NCBI GenBank assembly: GCA_976551045.1
Contig: CDPCPM010000062.1
Location: 4,650,001 to 4,714,000 of the forward strand
Length of the DNA stretch: 64,000 bases
Reading direction: 5' to 3'
Origin: Glaucostegus cemiculus
Taxonomy: Eukaryota
Part shown: piece after piece, positions 12,101-25,371 of the stretch
How positions within the stretch are numbered: position 1 is the first letter of the stretch
How the letters are laid out: every line of letters begins with the position of its first letter
Translations under genes and position numbers: made by a program
Notes under the pieces: generated by a model
Told to the model about the DNA's origin: nothing
Databases searched by the model: none
What the model saw: the letters and a program-made list of their open reading frames with translations, nothing else

Positions 12101-14626
12101 CAAAAGCCATGGGTACTTCCTTTGTTTGGGGTTCACAGCAACCTCAAAGAATTCACTGGAGCCACAAACATACAGCTTGATTTATTTAAAAAATTCTAGA
12201 ATAAAATCAAGGCTACAATAACTCTGATTATTTGCAAGAAAACCAACTTTAAGATACTAATAAATATACTTTAAGCTTCCAATATTTTCCAGAAACATTG
12301 GCAGGGACAGCTTTTCTCATTGCAATAGCGCAAGGCAGTTATGTTCCTTTGCATGTTAATTTGTTGTCAAAAAAGATTGACAAAATGCAAGTGCTTTGTG
12401 CAACTATCCCTTTATTTGCCATATGGTCCCAACGTTATTCCAATGTAAACCTCCCTAATGTCTGTGTTTATAAAGTTAGTAAGCAAATTTCATCCCATTT
12501 GTACTAATTTATTGAAGCTAACACGCGATTCCCGAGCTATAATCAACAAAATACAGTAAAAGGGTTTGAAAATACTACCACGTTTCTTTGTTTAATTATT
12601 ACCCGACTTACAAGGAAATCAAAGAGCCACCGCCTATTTCCGTTTCTCTCATTTTTTCCATTTCATGTAAATATCTAAATGCGCTGCATTTCAGATTTGA
12701 TTTGCAGTTTTATCATAGAGGGGAAAAAACACAAAGTTTAAAAGTGAATATTCATTTACCGCTGTCTCGAGCTGGATCATTGAAAATCCAATAATAATAT
12801 TAGGCCGGAATGTGAAATTTTCAACAGCACATAAAATGGGAAATAACGCTCGAGTTTCCCAGGAAAACAAGAGGCTGTTAGTGAGAAAGACCCACACGAA
12901 AGAATCGATTTGGGATAGAACTGCAAAGGCGCCTTTAATCTGCCTGTTTACTCCTTCAAATCTGTTGGATTAATGGTAATATTATGCCCGCCGTAAATCG
13001 AGTAAATAATGTTGCCAGACTTTTGCTAGTTTAGAAGTAATAAGAAAGCTCAAATTTTCTGGTTAGTTTAAACTGTCGTTTGATAACTAGTGTAGTTTTA
13101 TGGCGTGGAATGAGGAGTGCAATAAATTACTCGGCCTTAATGCTTTGTTGTGATGGGTTTGTCAATTGCACCCGCATACAAAAACGAGTTTCTTAAAATG
13201 AAAGCCAACAGAATTTTACTGACTCTTCGCTGCTTTATTTTCCAAGATCTTTCCTTTAAAGCTTACATTAATTAGATTTAACCAAATACTATTGTTTCAT
13301 TTGGACCTCTCGTTTGTAACTTCTCGAGCTATTAAGCAATTTTATGCAGATGAACGTCAGAAGAAAATGTGCATGAAATCCCAGTTTATTTACTGTTTTG
13401 AGATTTAATAGCCTCGTCCAAAATAGTTTAATTTTTCTCTTGAGCAAGGTGAACGGAAACCTATTATGCGATTTCATTGTAGCAAATTATCTTCTCCGAA
13501 GTTTTACATCTGTTAATTACGAATATCTAGATTTTTTAAAAATAGTCAATGAACGTGTGGCAGTGGCTGGGGTTTAGAGTGCAAATGCCATTTACTCTGC
13601 TGCACGGCTTCACCCTTACCTTAGTAATGCATTGGGACTTAGCTCTCCTCAAGTCTGCTGCAGCTGTTTCCTAAATCAACATCGCATAAACGCAACGCCA
13701 GTTTGCAAGCATACTAGCCTAACAATGAACCACAGAAACTTTATTGTATGCGGTTAATAACAAGATTTAATCCAGATTCTGCTAACAATTATTTTTAAGT
13801 CACGTGAACAGATTCCATAAGGTTTTTTTCCCCCCTCGGCTTGGCCCTGCTTGTTTGCCGGGCTCTTTTTTTTCCCCTCTCCTTCTCTAATACATAGATC
13901 TCACAGAAAAGCAGGACTCCAGACGGCTGCAGAAACCTATAAGGGAAGCAGTTCAGTACTTGCAGGGCGCCGAATCAGTATTAGGGGAGTAACTTCATTC
14001 TCCGGCCTTTCTGTTTTGAGGAAGGTCTGCAGAAAGCAAATGTGCCTGGAGCTAGCGCAGAGCAATATATTCAAAACAGCCGGATAATTTGGAAAATGTA
14101 GGGTCTTCGGTGTACGTTGAAACTTTTCCCCTGTAAAGCACATTATCAATTTCACAGCAGTCTTTATCTGTCCTTTGAGGCTGGTTTGGATTTGGCTGAA
14201 TTGTCAGGTAAGCTATAAGACTTCTTTGTAGCTCTGTCTATCTGCACAGAGGAAAAATTCCAGTCCAGTTAGTAATTGATGGCTCAAAACTTGACCTAAG
14301 AAAAGGGAAGTCATTGTTTATCGTCAAGCCCGAAGGCCCCTTTATTTGGATTCCCCTTTCTTTATAATGCACGCGTTGATAAAAGTCATCTTCTCGAATC
14401 TTTTAAGGTTGAATTTTGTATTTTTAAATACTACAATCTGACTTCGGGTACAATCTGACTTCGGGAGAAATATCTAACAGCATGCCCTGAGCTTTGAGGG
14501 AATTCATGGCCTGGATGGGTTTCTCCTGCTCAATGCACTGTTATAACTTTTCTGCGCCGAATATTTGCCCTCGCCCATGTCCCAATATCAGGAAGTTACC
14601 TTCTCCAAAGAAACCTGAAGTAAACG

Positions 14627-14917
14627 NNNNNNNNNNNNNNNNNNNNNNNNNNNNNNNNNNNNNNNNNNNNNNNNNNNNNNNNNNNNNNNNNNNNNNNNNN
14701 NNNNNNNNNNNNNNNNNNNNNNNNNNNNNNNNNNNNNNNNNNNNNNNNNNNNNNNNNNNNNNNNNNNNNNNNNNNNNNNNNNNNNNNNNNNNNNNNNNNN
14801 NNNNNNNNNNNNNNNNNNNNNNNNNNNNNNNNNNNNNNNNNNNNNNNNNNNNNNNNNNNNNNNNNNNNNNNNNNNNNNNNNNNNNNNNNNNNNNNNNNNN
14901 NNNNNNNNNNNNNNNNN
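14627..14917. other. assembly gap (N run)
   Basis: run of N. Confidence 1.
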
Positions 14918-17900
14918 TTCTATGTTTAGTTACACTATATATATTCATATATTTATGTAAGCGTGTGTCTTAAGTACTTTCGAACTTCACTTCAAGACGT
15001 TCATCAATAATTCATTAATGTTTTACTCTGTTAAAAGTTTCACTGCTGCCTTTGTAAGATGACTGCACGGATTTTGCTTCAAGTTAGGAATCTGGAGACT
15101 GTGCAATCATTCTAAAGTTTGCTGAGTTTAGAAGTTGAACAGATTGCCCTACGTCCTTCATTTGAAGACACTGTAACGATCATAATTTAAATCAATTCAT
15201 TGCCGGCTTGTCTTAAATATGCAATTCTAAACTTAAGGTGTGCGAATTTTCTTAAAACTTTAAAGTGTGACATTCAGAGCCATGTAATAACATTTGTGGC
15301 ATTAGACGATGCTCACTGACGAGAATAGAGTTTTAAGGCAGTGTATCCACGTTGTGTAGAACAGATTATAATGAATATTTAAATAATGACTTTTAGAAAT
15401 AAAAATGATAAGACATAAAATGATTGTGGAAGGATGTAAAGAAAGTAAAAATAACATGACGAAGGCTATCTGTTCAGGACAGAATTTACAGAAGGAAGTA
15501 GCGTTTTACAAATAAACTTAAATTGATGAAGTTACGTGCTTGGAATAGAAAGATACTAATTGCGAATCCTTGCCACAAACGTATTTTAACAAATTGCCTC
15601 ACAGAAAAATGATAGGTGTACCGATATTTTCTCTTACACGCTTTATGCTCCTGAACTTTCAGCGTATGGTGCACTTAAATTGCTTAAAGGAAGAAGCTAG
15701 AGTTTCAATTCTATTCCATTGATAGAGTTGTCTAAATCTCTTTCAAGGTTCTCAGTGAATATTAACAAGTATCATGTTGAAACTATTTTGCCCCCAAGAA
15801 ATTTTGTGCGTTATCCAATTGCCCTAAAGCATCCAAACATGCATTTTGCATTGGGGTCCCCATAGGCACGAATTACGATTCAATTGAGGGAAAAATCAGA
15901 ATCATTACATCCTTGTGAAGTTTACCCCTCAGCCTGTGCTGCACCGAGTAAAATCACCTTAGCTTTCCGCGACTGCTTTGCTTTTGTCAGGTAAATACAA
16001 ACCTTTTTCTAGTTCCCATAACTACTAGCTTGGTGTAACGTGTGGGTGTTAAGCAAGTCCAATACAATAGCGCTCTGAAAAGCACGCCCTGAAAAGGAAG
16101 AGTCGCATGTAAGCTTAACCGCTGTGGGGCTTTCTTGATTGTTTTGGTCGAAAATGTGGAGTGCTCGCTTCTTATAGATCGATTTAAACTCCAGACCCCA
16201 GTTTTAGTCCATTATAAACAGCTATTCGTCTGCTCCAAGTAGTTCAGCCTACAGGCTCCGGATGGAGGTCTTTCACACCATGAGACAGAGACGACCCAAC
16301 TTACCTTATCGCGGATTTCCTGCAAAGAATTATCACGGAACAACCTTCTGCAATACCAACAAAACTGAGCTTAAGAAACTTCTTAGGATTTGTTGGGTAA
16401 AAAGTTAGGTTTTGCCTGAAAAAAGTATTCCTTTAATTATCTCCCAAATTCAAATAAAAGGATTTAAGTTGACGTATGACCACGTGAGCACATAATACAG
16501 CGCATTATTGTGGCATTTGGAACGGAGACCTAGGCTGGCTTCGGCTGTGATTACGCTTTTCCACTTTCTGTTAAGAGCCAGCTTTTTTTCTTCTAAAGAG
16601 ATTGCACTCTGAGCGCTGGATTTCACATGAAGGGATATATGCGAGCAGGGAGAGATGCTGCATTTAGCGGAATGGATTTTATTTTGAGGTATTTCAAATG
16701 CTTCCGTTGATTGTTCATTAATATGGTGAGTTATTGCTGTTCAAGGCAAAGGTCAGTGGAAAGGCTTACGGGTGTCAGATTGTGCCAGAACACGCTTAGT
16801 TTCCTCTTTTCTGCTGGTTTCGGCTCATAGTCCATTTCCAGTAATGTTTTCTCTCCATATGGTAAATACAAAAGAAGTTATTTTGCAGAATAGTGTGCGG
16901 ATCACATGTATGTGTTGTTCCTTAAAACATGAACAATCGAATATTGAAATCCTGTCAATGGCCGCTCTCTTATCCGAATAGGTACAAACAAAACAATGTC
17001 TGTTTATCATACATAATTCGACGCCAATATATCTGCTTGTAATAGTCAATAATAAAGTAATTATTATAGCACATGGGCATTAATGTACATTTACTTATTC
17101 TGACATTTTATTCTTTATATAACAAGCTCCATTGAAAGGTTCATCGTCCATTTTAAAAATCCTGTCAGCTAGTTTGTGAATTGTTTTGTCCTTGAAATTA
17201 GGTTACTAGGTTTTTCCTTACTCTGTGTGAATTGCCGAAATCGCAGTAGTTCACGTCGCTTCATGGATAGGCATTGTATTTTCTATTTCTGTGTGTGTTG
17301 CACAGTGATTTCAGAGGGAAAATAGGCAAACTGTTTAATGGTTGATCTAAAAACAATTGCCCACATTTGTTTCATCGTCAGTGTGGTAATATTTGATTAA
17401 CTTAAGGTATAGAGCAGGTTGTACTGAGGGATTATTTACTAGCAGGCCGTCATTGTGTTGGAATATTGACTGCACGAAGAAATTAACGAAATGAATTAAC
17501 AGGCGATGCAACCTAAACCAATACTGCCATTGTCTTAAGAATATATTTTGCGATGAAAAAGGCAGGAAAAGATTCGTTATGTTCTGCTGGTTGGTGCAAA
17601 TTTTATAAAAAAATTGCACCCACCAGTAAGCCCTTCTCAGAAAAGGTCAGGGTGCTGCGATTTGATTTATGTTTTCGGTGTGCTGGGACATCCATGCCAA
17701 TGCAATCTGCTTTAACGAATGCTTTACTTCTTTCTATATATGACAAATCACATTGGCAATTATTGATAGCCAGATCAGTATCCTACAGTAATTCTACCAA
17801 TCGTGCAAAATTAAGCCAAATGTGGGGTGGGGTGGGTGTGGGGGGTTGCGTGGGTTGAGAGGAGGGGGAGGTGGGTCGTGTTGTTAAAATATAATTGGCA

Positions 17901-19444
17901 ATAAGCAAAGTTCGTTTCTGCGATGTATTCAGTCCTAAGCGATTTTTTATAAAAATGAATAATAGACGTGTATTGAAGATTAGCATGACTTTACAAACAA
18001 TATTGTCACAAACGGTACCATGTACATACAGTAGTAATCGCCGTAGTTAGTATTTTTTTGTCCTTACCGGACTCTGAAAGCACGATTTTGTTTGCCCATT
18101 TAAATTCGTGTGTTGCATCTGCCATTTTTATCAGAACCCTGTCACCCCAATATTAAATGCAAACACTGGACAAAGATTTTTCATGAAGGTTTAAAATTTT
18201 TAATTGCAGTTCGGTTACAGTTCCTTTCTTACCCACTATTCCAATCTTGAAACAAATTTAACATGGCTAAATAATAAATAATACAGTTTACAGTGTTTTA
18301 TAGTTTAAAGAACAATTAGAAGTTGGGTTAGTACAGATGCATTTCGGAAAGACATGCATACATAAGACACAATATTAGCGATGACGGACAGAGGTTTATA
18401 TGATGTGTTTATGATAAATCCTTTACTTAGAAAAGTCCGTTCAATATTCAATGGAGATCCCAACATTTTGGACGTTATTTTTTCATTGATTGGAAAATTG
18501 TAACTTCGTGTAATTGATTCAAGATCTTAGGCTGATTTCTGTCCGTTAATAATTCATGTAGAGTTAGTCGATGTTCTTAAACAATGATTTTAGCTCCCCG
18601 GCGCCTTTCGTTTTATCGCGTGGAAATTAATGGTTTCTCGATTTCATTGCAGACTTTGTCCTAAATAACATTTCCACTAGCAAACGCAGAGACTGTACAA
18701 ACTTTCGGTGAGTTTTCTAAAACTTTTACGATATCTAAATATATATATGGTCGTTGAGAACACAGAATACTCTCACTGCAAGGTGTCACATTTATTAGTT
18801 CCCGTCCAAGCGGCGGGTTATGGTGAGCTTCTAATAAATGAACTGCAATAGGCTGTTACAATTTAAATCACGTGTGCTTTAGGATATCGGGAAAAAAACA
18901 GAAACATATCAGTTATAGAGGGAGTTACATTCAACATACTATCGGTTGTAAAATGGATGCTATACCATAGTAGTTAGCATTATCCAAGCATTACAGCACT
19001 GACAGAAAATGCAATATTTAATTTATATCTTAGAATTTTGAGCAAGGTACCTTCGCGATGGAAGTTATGATGGTTGCAATAAATTATATCAGCTCCTTGT
19101 TTAAAAAAAAATTGGCATCTATCGCTTCTATCAAATCAAATCAAGCAGTCGCTACTTCCATCCCCCCTCTCTCTCCGTTTACTTTCCCTTTGTACATCTT
19201 AGCAACCGTTAATGAAAAAAGTGAAACATTTCTCATCCAAAATTTTAGTTCTCTGCATCCAACGACAGTGATTTTTACAAGCTTCGCTGACATAAGCGGG
19301 GCCTTCCATATCTATCCAGTCGCTTCTGAACTGAAATTCACGGAGGCAAACTATGTGGCAGAAAGTTTAAGAAAATATCCAGCATCCGTTGGCGTTACTA
19401 TTTTCCCACCTTCGTCCGATCTCATGAGAAAAAGAAAAAAAAAG

Positions 19445-19700
19445 TTGGAGTCAGCACATTAAGATAAGTGGAAGGGCTGATCATTGACAATAAAGTACTT
19501 CACTACAGAAAAACATTGAGCGGCTTACTTGTAAAGTTGCATACGAGTGAATTTTTGGCCCTATCTTCCCTCCTACGCTGCTTGGCTTCCCCTTTCATGT
19601 AGTTGCATCGCAATAAGCGATAGGGGCAAGTGTTTTCTCTTTAATGCTCTGTTTACAGCTTTAGTGCATGAAGTCATAAATCTTACGTAGCCATAAACGA
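19445..19700 (+). promoter_or_regulatory. HoxA3 rhombomere 5/6 enhancer (MafB/kreisler + Hox/Pbx + Prep/Meis sites)
   Basis: Maf half-site GTCAGCA (19450), TGATCATTGA overlapping TGACAA (19478-19490), TCATAAATCT (19674-19683); same motif set as the mouse Hoxa3 r5/r6 enhancer as I recall it. Confidence 0.75.
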
Positions 19701-20675
19701 CAGAAGCATTGGTATGCATAAGGGGTGACTGTAGCTCATATACTCTTTCATTGCTCGGCTTCTCTCCATCGTTTTTTTTTCCCAGCTGTAACTTTTTACT
19801 CTTGTAGCTGAAATACTTTAATTTTTTTTTTAGCAGTTCAAATACCTTTAGTTTTGGGAATACCCAAAAACTGGATATGTTTTAGAATGACTGAACCTGT
19901 TTGAACCCGGCTGTGTTCTTCACCCTTGCGCTGTTTTCTCTCCTAACTATTCTCATGCTGTACTTCAAACAAAGGCCTTTCTTTGCAACAAGGAGTTAAT
20001 AAAAGTTAAGCCAGTACTTTTAATGCGGAAGGCGACGTGCACATTTAAAGAACGTAGAACTCTATTATGATCTGAGGGATTATTTTAGAAAGTGCGTTGA
20101 TTTAAATGGGACAAGCTCGTTCCAAGTTTGATTGCATAGATTCAATGATTGCCAAACCCTGGCGCTTGTGTTCTCCGTGTGGTTAATTTGCATAATTTTT
20201 CACTTGTGACGCTATGTTTCGGGGGAGTTTACCCAGCCTGTCTGTTCAGTACAGCCAGACAGCAAACTTAAAATCCGCGCTTTTAGCATTCAATATTCAT
20301 AAGAAACATACCCCATTTCTTTGGTATTAGATAAGTGCAGCCAGGGAAGCTGATAGTAGTCTTATCTCCCTGACCAGGGCGCGCTACCATAATCACAAGG
20401 GTGGCCATCCAAAAGCTAGAGCCTTCTTCCCAGTGTTTTGCAGCTCTACCATTTTCCTTTTCCCATTTGCCGTTGTCGCCAACGAGTGAATTTCAGCGCA
20501 TAAGAGTAATTGTTTGCCTTCATTCCAATTAATTCCGAAGTTTTGAAACTCCTGCTTATCGATTTCCCCGGTGAATCTGAAAATATTGTGCCGTGGTCTG
20601 CGTCTATCGTCAGAGACTAAGGTAAGCTGAACACAAATAGGCTATCACTCGTGAATGGCGGAGTTTATGTCCCAG

Positions 20676-20720
20676 TGATTTATGACCATATGACTTAAAT
20701 CTCGGTTCAAGAAAAGTTCA
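20676..20720 (+). promoter_or_regulatory. Hox/Pbx site plus DR5 RARE upstream of HoxA3
   Basis: TGATTTATGA (20676-20685) and GGTTCA-agaaa-AGTTCA (20704-20720). Confidence 0.85.
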
Positions 20721-22210
20721 CATGCTATAGTTTCCTTTCATATCGTGACTGATACCCGTAGGCTTCCAATTCAAGTCTTTTATTTCAATGTTCTGCTTCT
20801 CCTTCGCCCTTGATCGGTTTCTTTGAGCTATTTCCCTCCGCATTTTCGAAGTTTTATGAATTTATTATTGCCTGCAATGCCGCCTAAGGCACACCACCAC
20901 ACGTCTACCAAGATACTCCAACTGTTGTCCCTCTTAGAATCTGGCTTCCAATGCTTTCTTTTTCAACCTTTTCTACCTTTCTAACCTTAGTGATATAGAG
21001 AACGCCGAAGGCTGTTATGGTGGCATTTTTACTTGCAATATGCGTAGCTTAGTGTTATCTGTGTCATAAATTAGAAAAGACTCCTAAAAATTGAATAGAT
21101 TTCTAACTTGGTAGGTGGGTTGTTAGGTAAAGTCTATGTGTTACTTCAATTGACACCCTTTGTACAAATGATAGTCAATATCCATGCACACACGTGAATA
21201 TGTAGTATTATCTGTGCAACGTGTCGGTTTTCAGATACAAACCATCTCTGCACTCAAACGTAAGAACAGAACGAGTAATCCAAGACTAAGTTATTTGTTT
21301 TTGAAATAGAAATTGGAGAAAATTATTTTGCAAAATATTTGAGTGTAATCACGTAGAATTAAATCCCAGCGTTTACACAGGTGAGTAAAGTTGTGTTTGT
21401 TGCTTGAAGGAAAATGGCGGACGGCACTCAGGATCGAGAAAGTAAAAGACATTTTTGATGTTTGAGCAGCGACTCACAAGGGTTTCTATTAATTACTTTT
21501 CATAAAGGACGAACAAATCACAACATTTCCTTGCTGGTTTATCTGTGCACGCTTGTGAACAAGTTTTGACAAAACAGTAAGAACTGGAGATAATGCAAAC
21601 TAGTGACAACTTCTTAACATTAAAACCCAATAACTCAATACTTATGGTGATAACTGGCTCCTTGAACAAATCACAGGGCTTGGGTTTCAGGCGCAGCTGT
21701 GGAGAGTCTGCTGCGTATTACTCGTTATTTTATGATTTCAATATTTAAAATGCTTTGGGGCCATTAAGTGCTGCTGACAACAATGGCACATGATTCGTTC
21801 TGAAGACAGGAGGTTAAGTTTATCTTTGAAAAGCATGGCTTAGTGTTTGAAGCGTCCATTTTCAGAAACACACAAAAGGTGTCATTTAAAACCTGTGCTT
21901 AGAGCAACTTTGTCCCGCCTGCTGACCTCAGCAGTTTCGTTTTCATTTATAGATCTAAAACAAAATTACAGCGGCCTTGGCGACATCTCCAAGTTCAGGT
22001 CACTTTCAGTGGAATGCTGTGAAGTATGTTTTATAACAATATAGGGATGTGCAAGAGTACAAAAAGGCCATGTGGTTCATCAGTGTTTGACCGGTCAATA
22101 AATTTGTGCAAAACATAGGGAAAACATTTTGAAATGACCGCTTTGAAAGTGTATGGTGCAACTCTGTTTACGTGGAGCTTGAGCTATCTTACAGTGGTCT
22201 CAGCTTGGTC

Positions 22211-22262
22211 TTTCCAGCATTTTCTGTTTTTATTTCAGATTTTCATCATCTGCAGTTTTTTT
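22211..22262 (+). mobile_element. short relic of an elasmobranch interspersed repeat inside the cluster
   Basis: ttccagcattttctgtttttatttcagatttt matches copies at ~57683 and ~60295 in this window. Confidence 0.6.
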
Positions 22263-23846
22263 CGTTGCAAACAGACTTGTTTTGTATTGGAGTGACTGAG
22301 GCAAAGAGAGCCTTAGGAAACAATGGCTTGCTGGATTAGGCTAACTTCTTGCGGAAATTAATACTCTAATGTAAACAGGGATCCTTAGATACTTTAACTT
22401 ATAAAAATACCGCATCCGTGACCAAGTATCCGAATATTATTTCTAGATTAAATCGTGATCCGCAGGCCATGGGACGCTTTATGTATCCAATGCAAAAATA
22501 ATTAATCTCCATCAATTTATTCCACGCGAGAGTTTAAAATTATTCTTTAACTACAGGCATCGTTGTATTTTTAGAAAAATAATAATTAACTGAAAGGTTT
22601 GAAGTGGGTTGTTTACTGCCGCTTTCTCGTGATACAGGCGCTTTCTGTGGGCTGGGTTTCCAATTCTTCCCCGGCCTAGTGACCCCCATACATCAAATTA
22701 CGAGCACTTTCAGAGACAGAGCCTATTATCGTTTGGTTGGAAGAAAAGTTCACACCGTGGTCATGAAGAAGAACGCCAGTTTTTCAGGTTCCTGGCGCTT
22801 TCCGATCCATCATGCGTTTAACAGGTAGAATTCAAACAGTAAAAAAAAGGCTTGAAAATTTCCGCCCCGACCAAATGGTGACCCGTTAAAAGTGGAACCA
22901 ACAAAAAAGCAAGACATTTCTCCTCGCCAGTCTGGGGGAAATCAGAGGAGTCAAAACAAACACTAGTTAAATTATTTTAGAAAACAATGCACTCCGTGCA
23001 GGGCACATACTGAAATTCTTGTCCAACGCTCCGGGTTCAAGCATTTTAAAACGAAGTTCTTCTCTAAAGCAGCATAAATACCATTAATGTCCATATGATA
23101 GGAATGATCAAGATACTGGCCAACCCTGAAATACGGTCTGCAACAAAGTCTGGTAATCGTTTCTAGGAGTTACTTAATAGGCCACATTCACGCACTTTGC
23201 CGTTAGATAACGACAGTCACCAATTTAATCGTAATATAAATTAAAACTTTGCAAAATTTAGAGTTTACTTTTTTGTATTTTTCCTTGCTGGAAAGTGTGG
23301 GCTGAAAAAGCTGCTTTCCTTCGGTTTTCATTTTCCACTGATTCCATCATATGTGTGAATTTGTCTCATTATATCTGCTTAATTAATGAATCACGTATGT
23401 TAAAAACTGACCAATTTAAACAGACATACAGAGATCAAAAACCGTAACAAAACCCTAACATTCAATAACCAGTAGTTTTAAAAATTGTTTTATTTACACG
23501 CAGTGATTCTTTTTAACTACCAAAGAAAAAGGCAGCTGTTAGATCAACCTACCGAAATGCATGGTTCACATGAAACCATAGGTAGTATTGTATTTCCATA
23601 ATCAGACAAAATAAAACAAGAAGCCAGAATCTGAAGAAACTGAACGTTTGGTTCTTATCCACCCTGAGCATTTACTGCTGAGAGTCAGTTTTAAACCGCT
23701 GTTAAGCTGAGAATGCCTTGGGCTAAACTGTGTGACCAAATATTGCTGCACACTTTTTCTTTTATGGCTTTTGATGTCAGCTGCTATTGAGAGTAAGATG
23801 GATTTGTACCATTTCACTATTATGGTTTTGTTTCTTGTAACCCTAG

Positions 23847-23960
23847 GTCTACCCGAAGAGGCCATTGGAAGAAGAGTCACGTGACACCGGGTGCCAATGT
23901 TATTCTATAAGGGTGTCAAGACCCTGTCAGTTTGTGAAATAAATATTGGGAAACAACGAG
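23847..23960 (+). promoter_or_regulatory. HoxA3 5' leader / proximal promoter module
   Basis: splice acceptor tttcttgtaaccctag| ending at 23846; ATTGG..GTCACGTGAC..CCAAT and two TGTCA sites before the ATG. Confidence 0.7.
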
Positions 23961-24417
23961 ATGCAAAAAGCAACATACTACGACAGCTCTGCAATTTTCG
24001 GTGGTTACACATACCAAGGAGCAAATGGTTTTAACTACAATGCCAATCAGCAGCAATATCCGCCTTCATCCCATGTGGAAAATGACTATCACCGGCCTGC
24101 CTGCTCTCTACAGTCACCTGCTAGCAATGTCCCTCATCACAAGCCCAATGATATTAATGAGAGTTGCATGCGAACCAGTGCCAACCAGACGAGCCATCTC
24201 CCAGTTCTTGCAGAGCAACAGAAGCAACCACCACCTCCGCCACCCCCACCCCCACCATCTGTATCCCCACCCCAAAATGCCAGCAGCAACTCGAATCAAT
24301 CCAGCACAAGCAAAAACCCCACACTTACCTCACAAAGCACCATTAGTAAACAGATATTCCCTTGGATGAAAGAGTCACGCCAAAATGCCAAGCAAAAGAC
24401 CAGCAGTTCTAGTTCAG
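23961..24417 (+). CDS. HOXA3: Homeobox protein HoxA3, coding exon 1
   Basis: [17 protein letters not shown]-terminus, poly-Pro tract, [11 protein letters not shown] hexapeptide; donor G|GTAT at 24418. Confidence 0.97.
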
Positions 24418-25371
24418 GTATATTGCATCCTGTCTTACCTTTTGATGATTATTTGTCATGTTAGTGTTCCAATGGTTTAGATGCTAACAAAGTCAATCTC
24501 ATTATCTCTATCATATGTGGTCATGCAAGTAATTGTAATAGTGTGGGACTCTAATCTTTAAAAGTGGATTGATCATTTTCACACACTGATTAGACAAGTA
24601 GCCTATAAACATAAACACCATTACTTCCTAAATGTAGTTTAGGTAAATCAAGACGTATATTTTAGAGAAACAACTGAGATACTGCATCTCACCTTCTCCC
24701 TAATGCCATGATGAACCTCCTCTCCCTCTCTCCTTTTCATCTCTCTTCCTCCTGCTGCTCTTTCACCTCTATCACATATACAGACAGACACACGTATATT
24801 TCCAAAAGTTGAAATTAATCTTTGCTTCATTTGTACCAGTTTTATTTCAGTAATATATTTGCTGTTTATGTGTATGCTCACACTGATCAGAAGTTATAAC
24901 ACATATTTATAAGACATGTTCATAATTCTTCAATAATGTCCCAATGGGTAGTTCTGTAGGTCTTACAAGCCCTGGGTTGGACAATGAATAGCATATTCTT
25001 CATTTAATTTCAGGTTTTAATGACCAGTAGATATGTGACTCGACTTAAATTGTCAGTTGTCTAAATGGAAACCTCAAAAATATAAGATGTATACTTTTCA
25101 AATGCATAAATATGAGTAATAACAGGATCTGTGGACAGCAGTGGTTCTTACACAAATTGAAATGATTTGGAAATGTTTGGAAACCAGATTTGCATCTGTG
25201 GTGATAACCGCAAATACACAAACATATATTTATATTTGCAAACTGAGAAATACATTAATAAGGAGCTTTGATAAATTTTCAGTCAACCATAAGAACATAT
25301 AGCATGCAATTCAAAACTGTGATCAGTGGATATGAATTATCATTATCCATATTTAATATACTTTGGTTCAT

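Noticed and set aside
14494-14973. Long ORFs spanning the N gap (also 34800-35245)
   Set aside because: Artefacts of N runs lacking stop codons
19058-19462. 134-aa ATG ORF upstream of HoxA3
   Set aside because: No recognisable homology, low-complexity composition, runs into an enhancer; consistent with chance
23946-23960. TTG-initiated extension of HoxA3 in the ORF track
   Set aside because: Conserved start is MQKATYYD at 23961; the upstream start comes from the ORF caller's alternative-start rule
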